From: a bacterium
GTDB taxonomy: Bacteria > Ratteibacteria > UBA8468 > B48-G9 > DTJG01
Length of the DNA: 64,000 nt
NCBI GenBank assembly: GCA_021800535.1
Contig: JAJYYV010000004.1
Location: 16,007 to 80,006, forward strand
Direction: 5' to 3'
Part shown: piece after piece, positions 35,151-43,566 of the stretch
How positions within the stretch are numbered: the stretch's first letter is position 1
Layout: every line of letters starts with the position of its first letter
The notes under the pieces: generated by a model
The model's database searches: none
What the model was told of the DNA's origin: nothing
What the model saw: only the letters and a program-made list of their open reading frames with translations
Made by a program: the position numbers and the translations under genes

Positions 35151-35663
35151 TTACCAGTAAATAAATCTTGTAAATATTTTATAGTCGTATGGGTGGAGTT
35201 TTTCAACATTTGGAATAACATATCTATCCTCAAATATATCAATAAGAATTTTCCCTTTTGCTCCATAATCAATCGCCTTACTATGTTCCCATCTCATAAC
35301 AAATTTTTTATGGCCCTTATCTGTTTCAACATCAAAAAAAAGCATTCCAAATTCTAATTTTACAGAAAATATTTGAAATATTTCATAAGAAAAATAATAT
35401 TTATTTAAAGAATCAAGAATGAGTTTTTTTTCTTCTTCGGGAAAAGCATCTATTTGTTCTATAATTCCTATTTCAATAATCTTTTCTGTTATATCCTGAT
35501 AAAAAAGAGATATAAATTTATAGATATTTGTTATAGGAAAAAGTGAAGAAGCAAAGACTCCATAATATTTTTTATTCTCATCAGGGATTTCTACTGTGAG
35601 AGAATCATAATTATCTTTTTCTATTTTTATATTTTCGGGTGTTAATTTTTTTATCTCATCCAT
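35151..35663 (-). CDS. hypothetical protein, ABC-exporter associated (possibly DUF1854-like)
   Basis: 170 aa, 1 nt downstream of the ABC gene. No catalytic motif. The family assignment is from memory only. Confidence 0.35.
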   Translation of the reverse strand: MDEIKKLTPENIKIEKDNYDSLTVEIPDENKKYYGVFASSLFPITNIYKFISLFYQDITEKIIEIGIIEQIDAFPEEEKKLILDSLNKYYFSYEIFQIFSVKLEFGMLFFDVETDKGHKKFVMRWEHSKAIDYGAKGKILIDIFEDRYVIPNVEKLHPYDYKIFTRFIYW

Positions 35664-35664
35664 T

Positions 35665-37863
35665 TTATTTAAATTCTTCTATTTTTGTAAGTTCAGTTTG
35701 TATTTTTATAAGTTTATAATAAACTCCTTTTAATTCCATAAGATTTTGGTGAGAACCCCATTCAATAATTTTTCCATCATCAATAACATATATTCTATTT
35801 ACATCTTTTAAGGTGGAAAGTCTATGTGCAATAATAATTGAGGTTTTTCCTTTAATAAGATTATAAAGGGCATCCTGTATCTTTTTTTCACTTTCTGTAT
35901 CAACAGAACTGGTCGCTTCATCAAGAATAAGGATGGGAACATCACATAAAAGAGCTCTGGCAATTCCAATTCTTTGTTTTTCCCCACCAGAAAGTCCCGA
36001 GCCGCTTTCTCCAAGCCATGTATCATAACCATGCGGTGTTTTCATTATAAATTCATGCGCATTGGCATACATTGCTGCCTGAATAATTTCGTCCATATTG
36101 GCATTGGGTTTCCCATATCTTATATTATCAGCAATAGTTCCCCGGAAAAGGAATGGTTCCTGAAGAACCAGCCCTATATGTTTTCTTAATTCGTAAGAGG
36201 ATATTTCTTTTAAGTTTACTCCTTCAATATATATATTGCCTTTTTGAACTTCATAAAATTTACATATAAGATTAATAAGAGTTGTTTTTCCGCTTCCACT
36301 TTTTCCAACTATTCCAATAGCTTCACCGGCATTTATTTTAAATGAAACATCTTTTATGATAGGAAGGTAAGGGTCATAACCAAAATGAACATGCTGGAAT
36401 TCAATATTTCCTTTAATATCCGGAATATTTTTTGCGCTTAATTTTGATTCTTCCAAGGTTGGTTCAGTATCAAGAATTTCAAATATTCTATGCGTGGCAG
36501 TACTAAAAGAACTAAACCATGTTGAAAGAAGAGCAAGGCTTGATAATGGAGCATAAAACATCCCTATATAACTTAAAAATGCCATTAGGTCTCCTAAAGT
36601 TAGGGAACCTGTAAGAACTTTTTTCCCTCCAGCATACCAGACAATAAAACCTCCAACACCAAATAAAAAAGTCATTATTGGATTAAAAATAGCTGTTTTT
36701 ATTTGGACTTCTCTCAGGGCATCCATATATTTGCCTGAGGTTGCGGAAAATCTTTCTATTTCTTTATTTTCCTGGGAAAAAGCTTTAACAAGTTTCATTC
36801 CGGATAGAATATTATCAAGAAGATTAGACATTTTTGAACGACTATCCCATACCTGAAAATTTTGTGGATATATTTTTTCCCAGAAATATAATGTTCCAAA
36901 GATTACAAAAGGTATGGGAATTATAACATAAATGGCCAGTCTGACATTAATGGAAAATAACATAATTCCTATACCAATTATTAAAATAATATTTAATAAA
37001 AATCCTTGACCTGCCTGTGTAACAAATCCATTAAATGCTTCTATATCTGATAAAAATCTGGCTATTAATGAACCGACTGAATGCTGGTCGTAATAATCTA
37101 TAGATAATTCCTGAAGTTTTTTAAAAAGTTTTTCTCTTAATTCATAAGTGACTTTTGTTCCGACAGAGGTGGAAATAGTTCCTACAATCATAGTTATTAG
37201 AGCGCTTAAAAATGCAGCGCTTACAAGAGCAATTACTATAAAAGGAAGCCAGGATATATGGTCTTTGGTTGTAAGAACATCATCAATAAGTATTCTTATT
37301 AATTGTGGTGGCAGAAGACTTAAACCCACACCAATGATTGTGAAAAAAAGAAGGATAAAAATCCATCCTGTTTGTGGTCCAATAAGAGTAAGCACCCGTT
37401 TCATTATATTACCCTGTTGTAAACATTTCGGACAACTGGACAATTTTGATTGCAGAGGAAGTCCGCATATAGGACAAAGAAGTGGAGGGTGCCCATTTAT
37501 TATTTTATCTGAAACCTCTTTTTTATTTTTGAGATTTTCTATCTGAAGAATAAGGTCTTCAAATCTATACCTTAAAGAGTTGGAAAATCTTATAACATCT
37601 ATAAACAAATTATCAATATTTACCTGTAAAAAAGCGCTCCCAACAGTTTGGCGTATTTTTAAAGATTGTATTCTGGAAAGATCTAAAATAATTTCATCCT
37701 GCATGCCTGATTCAGGAAAAACAATAAATTTATTTTCAGTGATAATAATCCATATCTTCGCAGGATTTCCTGAAATATCCAAATCTGTATATGTTTTTAT
37801 TTTTATATCAGATTTTTTTACATCTGATGTATTTAATTTTTTAAATAAATAATCATTATCCAT
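35665..37863 (-). CDS. ABC exporter, fused permease/ATPase with an N-terminal ~150-aa extra domain containing a zinc ribbon
   Basis: CPICG...CPKC, 6 TM, Walker A GKSGSGKTT, signature LSGGEKQRIGIARAL, Walker B ILILDEATS. Confidence 0.85.
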   Translation of the reverse strand: MDNDYLFKKLNTSDVKKSDIKIKTYTDLDISGNPAKIWIIITENKFIVFPESGMQDEIILDLSRIQSLKIRQTVGSAFLQVNIDNLFIDVIRFSNSLRYRFEDLILQIENLKNKKEVSDKIINGHPPLLCPICGLPLQSKLSSCPKCLQQGNIMKRVLTLIGPQTGWIFILLFFTIIGVGLSLLPPQLIRILIDDVLTTKDHISWLPFIVIALVSAAFLSALITMIVGTISTSVGTKVTYELREKLFKKLQELSIDYYDQHSVGSLIARFLSDIEAFNGFVTQAGQGFLLNIILIIGIGIMLFSINVRLAIYVIIPIPFVIFGTLYFWEKIYPQNFQVWDSRSKMSNLLDNILSGMKLVKAFSQENKEIERFSATSGKYMDALREVQIKTAIFNPIMTFLFGVGGFIVWYAGGKKVLTGSLTLGDLMAFLSYIGMFYAPLSSLALLSTWFSSFSTATHRIFEILDTEPTLEESKLSAKNIPDIKGNIEFQHVHFGYDPYLPIIKDVSFKINAGEAIGIVGKSGSGKTTLINLICKFYEVQKGNIYIEGVNLKEISSYELRKHIGLVLQEPFLFRGTIADNIRYGKPNANMDEIIQAAMYANAHEFIMKTPHGYDTWLGESGSGLSGGEKQRIGIARALLCDVPILILDEATSSVDTESEKKIQDALYNLIKGKTSIIIAHRLSTLKDVNRIYVIDDGKIIEWGSHQNLMELKGVYYKLIKIQTELTKIEEFK

Positions 37864-37871
37864 TTAAACTA

Positions 37872-39389
37872 TTATACCGGAAGTGTAAAATAAAAAATTG
37901 CACCTTCATTTTCTTTTGATTCAGCCCATACCTTTCCAGCATGTCTTTTAATTATTTTGTTAACTATGGCTAATCCTATTCCGTCTCCATCATATTCTTT
38001 TTTATTATGGGCTTTTTCCAGAATATTAAAAATTTTATTTGCATATATTATATTAAATCCAATACCATTGTCTTTAACATAAAAACATTTTTCATTTTCT
38101 TTTTCCCATCCCCCAATTTCAATGATAGCCGTTTCTTTGTTTTTAGTAAATTTTATTGCATTTAAAATAAGATTATATAAAACTTCTTTGACACTTACAA
38201 TATCTCCTCTGGCTTTAGGTATTGATTTTATATTTAAAATAATATTTCTGTCCGGACATGAAAGTCTGATTTCTTCAAAAATATCTCGAGCTATTATTTC
38301 AATTGAAATATCCTGAACTTCCAATTTTTTCATACTTGACCTGAAAAAATGAAGTAGTTCTTCAATAAGTTTTTGTCCTTTTTTTGATTCTTCTTTAACT
38401 ATTTCAAGATATTTTAATGATTTTTCTGAAATTAAATTTTTAGAGTCTTCTATTATATTTTTTGTGGCTATACCAATAATATTAAAAGGTGTTTTTAAGT
38501 CATGAGATATTGACCAGTTAAAATCTTCAAGGTCTTTATTTATTATTTCAAGGTCTCTTATATTTTGTTGAAGCTGTTTATTTAAATCGTTTAATTTGTC
38601 ATGATTGTCTTTTAATTCTTTAAAAAGCATAGTATATGGTTTGGTTAGAGTGGTTTCAATTATCCCTTTATATAATAAATAAAAAGCAAGAATAGTTATT
38701 GTAGATGCTAAAAATATAAAAATTTCAGGAATATCTTTCTGAATTGAAAATATAGGTATTGTAATTATAAATAAAATAATAGATATTAACAAAAATTTAA
38801 ATATTTCCTTATCAAAAATATTCTTTTTTTTATAAAGCAGCATGATGGAAATTATTAATAGTCCTGAAATAATATAATCACTTAATTCATTAAAGTCTGT
38901 AAGTCCCAAATTATTTTTCCAGTTTGCCGGAAAAATTCCTTTGTATATCAGAAAAAATATAATAAAAATAATTCCTGCCCAGATTGGGATTACTATATAT
39001 GTTTTTATCTTTTTGTTTATAAAATAAAAAGATAATATTAAAGATAATGCCAAAAAATATTCTGAAACAAGTTTAACCTGTTGGTGAATATTGGCAGTTT
39101 TTAACACCACAGGCATTGGCATGCTGCTATATAAAATTATATGAACAATATGAACCACTCCAATAAAAAATAAAGAAATTCCCAGAAAAACAAAAAAATT
39201 ATTTTTTATAAAGACTCTTGAATTCCATGTTACAAAGAAAATTCCAAGACATATAACCACAGCAAAAATTTCTGATATGGTTTGAAAAAGTATAACACTA
39301 TATTGATTTATAATATAAAGAAATAAGAAAATTAAAAATCCTGTTAAAATCCTGACAGAAACTTCCTCAGAAAAATTAAATTTGTTCAT
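37872..39389 (-). CDS. membrane sensor histidine kinase (multi-TM N-terminal sensor domain)
   Basis: ~7 TM, then HisKA (SISHDLKTPFNIIGIA) and HATPase (YVKDNGIGFN...GDGIGLAIV). No adjacent response regulator. Confidence 0.8.
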   Translation of the reverse strand: MNKFNFSEEVSVRILTGFLIFLFLYIINQYSVILFQTISEIFAVVICLGIFFVTWNSRVFIKNNFFVFLGISLFFIGVVHIVHIILYSSMPMPVVLKTANIHQQVKLVSEYFLALSLILSFYFINKKIKTYIVIPIWAGIIFIIFFLIYKGIFPANWKNNLGLTDFNELSDYIISGLLIISIMLLYKKKNIFDKEIFKFLLISIILFIITIPIFSIQKDIPEIFIFLASTITILAFYLLYKGIIETTLTKPYTMLFKELKDNHDKLNDLNKQLQQNIRDLEIINKDLEDFNWSISHDLKTPFNIIGIATKNIIEDSKNLISEKSLKYLEIVKEESKKGQKLIEELLHFFRSSMKKLEVQDISIEIIARDIFEEIRLSCPDRNIILNIKSIPKARGDIVSVKEVLYNLILNAIKFTKNKETAIIEIGGWEKENEKCFYVKDNGIGFNIIYANKIFNILEKAHNKKEYDGDGIGLAIVNKIIKRHAGKVWAESKENEGAIFYFTLPV

Positions 39390-39433
39390 CTAAATAATTA
39401 TACTATTTCATAGAGTCTTTTTAAATAGATTAC

Positions 39434-40453
39434 TTATAATTTTCCAGCTAATTGTCCACATGCGGCTTGTATTTCTGAACCTTTAGAGTTTCTGATAGTA
39501 AATCTAACATGATTATTCAGAATAATATCTGTAAACTTTTTTATTGATTCTTTTGTGGGTGCATACATCTCTTTTCCTTGTATGTGTTGGTAAGGTATCA
39601 AATTTATGCTTGCTTTTAATTGTTTCGCAATATGTGAAAGTTTTATGGCATCATCAATAGTATCATTTATATTTTTGATAAGAATATATTCAATTGTAAT
39701 TTGTCTTCCTGTATTTTGTATATAATCCTGGCATGTTTTTATAAGTGCTTCAAGGGGATACTTTTTATTTACGGGCATTAAAAGATTTCTTATTTTATTG
39801 TTTGTGGCATGAAAAGATATAGAAAGTCTGACCTGCAGTCCTATTTTTGAAAACTGTTTGATTCCTGGAATAATCCCACAGGTTGATACGACTATTTTTC
39901 TTGCTCCTATATTTATTCCATATTTGGAATTTAAAATTTTAATAAATTTTATAAGGTTGTTAAAGTTATCAAATGGTTCCCCCATTCCCATAACTACAAT
40001 ATTATTTATTTGTGTTTTTAAAGAAAATAAAGGATATATAACCTGATTTATCATTTCCGCTGATGTAAGATCTCTTATAAACCTTTTACCGCTGGCGCAA
40101 AATTTACATCCGTATTTACATCCTACCTGAGTGGAAATACATATAGTATTTCTATCATGGGAAGGAATTAAAACTGTTTCTATGAAATTATTATCCTGTA
40201 ATTTAAAAACAAATTTTTTTGTTCCATCAATTGATGTAAAAACAGAATGAATTAAAGGGAAACTTATATGAAAATTTTGTTCTAATTCATTCCTGGTTTT
40301 TTCAGAAATATCAGACATTTCCTTAAAAGATAAAGAACCCTTTTGATATAACCAATGAAATATTTGTTTTGCCCTATATGGTTTTTCGCCTGTTTTTATA
40401 AGAATATTTTCAATTTCTTCAAGGGTAAAATTTTTAATATCTGCTTGTATCAT
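39434..40453 (-). CDS. rlmN: 23S rRNA/tRNA m2A methyltransferase RlmN (radical SAM)
   Basis: CISTQVGCKYGCKFCASG radical-SAM cluster plus the C-terminal Cys of the RlmN/Cfr family. Confidence 0.85.
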   Translation of the reverse strand: MIQADIKNFTLEEIENILIKTGEKPYRAKQIFHWLYQKGSLSFKEMSDISEKTRNELEQNFHISFPLIHSVFTSIDGTKKFVFKLQDNNFIETVLIPSHDRNTICISTQVGCKYGCKFCASGKRFIRDLTSAEMINQVIYPLFSLKTQINNIVVMGMGEPFDNFNNLIKFIKILNSKYGINIGARKIVVSTCGIIPGIKQFSKIGLQVRLSISFHATNNKIRNLLMPVNKKYPLEALIKTCQDYIQNTGRQITIEYILIKNINDTIDDAIKLSHIAKQLKASINLIPYQHIQGKEMYAPTKESIKKFTDIILNNHVRFTIRNSKGSEIQAACGQLAGKL

Positions 40454-40456
40454 AAA

Positions 40457-41470
40457 TTATATTAATACTTCTTTATCTGTTTCTAAAGATTCTTTTTCTT
40501 TTGATACTATTTGTAAAGAGGTTAGTATATTATTGGAATTTACGACCTGAAAAGGTTTGTTGGCAATAGTGTGTTCTATTAAATATCTAAGTTTATAAAA
40601 ATATCCGCCAAGGTTTATAGTATTGCCTTCCGGAGTTTGAATGGTTTTTGTTTCAATTAATGGCCGGTCTGTTTTTCCATCTGCATAATAAATTATTAAA
40701 GAGGGTTTATTTCTGGAATTATATTCTACTACTGCTTTTTCAAAAATCCCTGTAAAAGATGTTAAAGAAGGATAATTTCTTGGTAAATCCCATCCACACT
40801 CTGCATTGGCAATGATTCCATCAGAGAATTTATATGTGGTGTAGATATGTTCATATATATTATCAGTTTTTTTGCCTGCAGTATAAACCTTTTCAGGTTT
40901 TTTACCTGTCAGATATAAAAGAAAATCTATATCATGAATATGAATGTCCAGTAGAGGACCTCCAGAGTAATCATTGTTTAAAACCCAATTATCTGCGGAT
41001 AAGAGCGGTTTTGAAGATAATCTTGTAAATGTTATAGATAATAAATTGCCGAATCTTTTTGTATCGTAGACTTTTTTTAGATAGCTATATTCAGGCCAGA
41101 ATCTGATTATATCTCCAATCATTAATCTTATTTTTTTTTCCTGACATTTTTTTATCATTTCTTCTGCATCTTCAATTTTTAATGCAATAGGGTCCTCGCA
41201 TATTATATCCTTTCCGCTTTCTGCTATTTTTAAAACAAATTCTTTATGAAGATATGTAGGTATACATAAATCAATTATTGTTATATCGGGTTTGCTTAAA
41301 AAACTATCTATAGAATAAAAGGGGATAGTTCCTGTTTTTTCAGCAAGATATTTTGCTCTATCCCCTTTAATATCTGCTATACCTGCAATTTTTATGTCAG
41401 GGAACTGTTTATAAACTTCTGTGTGCATATATCCTGTAAAACCAGCTCCAACTATTCCAATTTTTACCAT
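40457..41470 (-). CDS. Gfo/Idh/MocA-family NAD(P)-dependent oxidoreductase
   Basis: MVKIGIVGAGFTGYMHTEVY Rossmann N-terminus and a C-terminal alpha/beta domain. Confidence 0.8.
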   Translation of the reverse strand: MVKIGIVGAGFTGYMHTEVYKQFPDIKIAGIADIKGDRAKYLAEKTGTIPFYSIDSFLSKPDITIIDLCIPTYLHKEFVLKIAESGKDIICEDPIALKIEDAEEMIKKCQEKKIRLMIGDIIRFWPEYSYLKKVYDTKRFGNLLSITFTRLSSKPLLSADNWVLNNDYSGGPLLDIHIHDIDFLLYLTGKKPEKVYTAGKKTDNIYEHIYTTYKFSDGIIANAECGWDLPRNYPSLTSFTGIFEKAVVEYNSRNKPSLIIYYADGKTDRPLIETKTIQTPEGNTINLGGYFYKLRYLIEHTIANKPFQVVNSNNILTSLQIVSKEKESLETDKEVLI

Positions 41471-41493
41471 TTTTTTATCCTTTCTGTTTTAAA

Positions 41494-41673
41494 GTAAATA
41501 TTCACTGAACCCCATTTATATTTACAGGCACAGAGGCACTAAGGCACATAGGCACAGAGTAAAAACTAAAATACTTTAAATACTTTGTGCCTTTGTGCCA
41601 GAGTTTTGCACTCTTCTTTGTCAAGTAGTAACTTTGTGCCTACTTATTAATACAGGCTTCACTGAGTATTTAC
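41494..41673. mobile_element. MITE-like 180-bp element: 16-bp imperfect terminal inverted repeats flanking a GC-richer core of GGCACA/TGTGCC inverted repeats
   Basis: Left GTAAATATTCACTGAA. Right TTCACTGAGTATTTAC, whose reverse complement is GTAAATACTCAGTGAA. Core GGCACAGAGGCACTAAGGCACATAGGCACAGAG ... CTTTGTGCCTTTGTGCCAGAG ... TTTGTGCC. Confidence 0.35.
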
Positions 41674-41700
41674 GTTTTAAAAGAGAAGTGGGTTTATTTT

Positions 41701-43566
41701 TTATTTCCAGATAATACGATATGCAAAAACAGAATTCTTTTTTGCAGCAACCAAGAAATTAGCATTTATATTGGAATCTGCGAAATCAACATTTTTTCCC
41801 AGAGTATATGTCCATATATTTGTGTTATTTTTATTTGGAAAATAAAAATATTTATTCCAAACACCACAATCTGCAAGTAAATAGTTTTTTTGAAAAGAAA
41901 AAAGTGTGGCTTTTTCTCCTGCAACAAATTTAGATATGGATATTCCTTTATTATTATAAACAAAAACGCTATTATTTTGCGTTCCTATGGATATATATTT
42001 ATTATTTGAATGAAATAAAATTTTAGTGGCAGGACTTGCAGGATTTTTTTTCCATAAAAGATTTCCTTCATCACTATAAAGATAAAATTGCCCATTATAA
42101 CAGCTTACAGCTACCATTGAAGCATCAGGACTTATTTGAATATTTTCTATCCAGTCAGGTAATGTTTTTTTCCAGAATAGTGTGTCAGATTTATTTAAAT
42201 AATATATCTTTTTATTTAGTGCATATACCCAGAATTTACATTTTGAACTTATAGATATTCCTTCAATTTGATTGCCGAGTTGTTTGCTTAATATTATTCC
42301 ACTGTCTGTTGCAAGTGTTATTTTTCCATTTAAAGATGCCCAGGCATAATATTTTCCATCAGGGGAGACAGTAACTTTGGTTATTTCATCTGAGGATTTA
42401 TATATGTTTTTTATCCATCCTGAAGAGGAAAAAATATATACAGAACCATTCTTATAACCAACAATAATAGAAGAACCATTATTTGCCATTTTAAGAGCAG
42501 AAACCCAGTTTGATAGGTCCTGATAAGTATATGCCCATACATAAGAATCCACAGGTAAAAGATATGTGGCAGGTATAGATTCTTTTAAAAAATTATAACC
42601 AAATCTTTTAAAATATGTAGGAAGGAAATTATAGTTTGTCATTTTATATTGATAGGTTTCATAAGGGATCTTTTCCTCTTTTTTATATATATTAACCTGT
42701 AAAATATAATTGCTTTCTGCTTTATATAATATTGGCTCAATAATATAGTCAGCATTTAAAAGTTTTATTACTTTGGTTCTATCATCTCTATCACTTATAA
42801 TATTTGCCATTGTCAAATTATTTTCTTGAAGCATTTGGTTAATATCATTTTGCGAGATAATTTGATAATGTTTATTACTTAATATTAAGGGACTTATATT
42901 ATTTTTAAATAGTTCATTTATATTGGAAAAAAAGTTGGGAACATTCACGGTTTTTATGTCCAGTATAAGTATTTTTTGAGGTTTAAGTATTGCTTTTAAA
43001 ATTCTTATTCTTCTGTTTATCTGCCAGATTGATGGGGCTTGACCATAGAAATCTTTCATTAAAATATCTTCTTTTAGTTGTTGATAAACAGAAATAGCAG
43101 AGGTATATAATTTTTCTTCAGTCATAATTTCACCAAGTTTATAAAGATATCCGGCATCTGGAATTATGGATTCTGAAAGATATTTTTGAAAAAATAAAAT
43201 AGCCTGTTTGTTTCTATTATTATCAAGGGCATAATCCCCAAGAATTTTATAAATATAGGCTTGTGGAGTGGCATATTTAAGTATAGAAAGAGCCTGTGGG
43301 GTTCTTGGCCAGCCAGAGGGCCAATTTTTAGGGCCGAAAGGTCTGGACTGTAAAGTTATATCTTCTGCTTTTCTAAGAAATTGTTGCGCTGTTTTTATGT
43401 GCCCCTGAAGCTGGTTTTGGTGAGCTAATCTTATACACTGCCATACAGAAGGGGAAAATATTTGAGATAAATATTTATTCTGGGAATACCAATCAGCATG
43501 AGCAATCTGAGTAAAAAATACTATATTAAATAAACCAACAAATAAAATATAAAAAATTTTTTTCAT
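41701..43566 (-). CDS. secreted protein with TPR-like N-terminal region and C-terminal beta-propeller (PQQ/WD40-like) repeats
   Basis: Signal peptide. The C-terminal 300 aa has repeated ...DG...Y..S.DG.L.W... units. Confidence 0.45.
   Translation of the reverse strand: MKKIFYILFVGLFNIVFFTQIAHADWYSQNKYLSQIFSPSVWQCIRLAHQNQLQGHIKTAQQFLRKAEDITLQSRPFGPKNWPSGWPRTPQALSILKYATPQAYIYKILGDYALDNNRNKQAILFFQKYLSESIIPDAGYLYKLGEIMTEEKLYTSAISVYQQLKEDILMKDFYGQAPSIWQINRRIRILKAILKPQKILILDIKTVNVPNFFSNINELFKNNISPLILSNKHYQIISQNDINQMLQENNLTMANIISDRDDRTKVIKLLNADYIIEPILYKAESNYILQVNIYKKEEKIPYETYQYKMTNYNFLPTYFKRFGYNFLKESIPATYLLPVDSYVWAYTYQDLSNWVSALKMANNGSSIIVGYKNGSVYIFSSSGWIKNIYKSSDEITKVTVSPDGKYYAWASLNGKITLATDSGIILSKQLGNQIEGISISSKCKFWVYALNKKIYYLNKSDTLFWKKTLPDWIENIQISPDASMVAVSCYNGQFYLYSDEGNLLWKKNPASPATKILFHSNNKYISIGTQNNSVFVYNNKGISISKFVAGEKATLFSFQKNYLLADCGVWNKYFYFPNKNNTNIWTYTLGKNVDFADSNINANFLVAAKKNSVFAYRIIWK

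Noticed and set aside
41475-41700. The GC-rich repeat region was considered as a tRNA, tmRNA or CRISPR leader.
   Set aside because: No cloverleaf or acceptor/T-arm can be drawn. The repeats are GGCACA-type inverted repeats bracketed by terminal inverted repeats, which is better described as a MITE-like or palindromic element.
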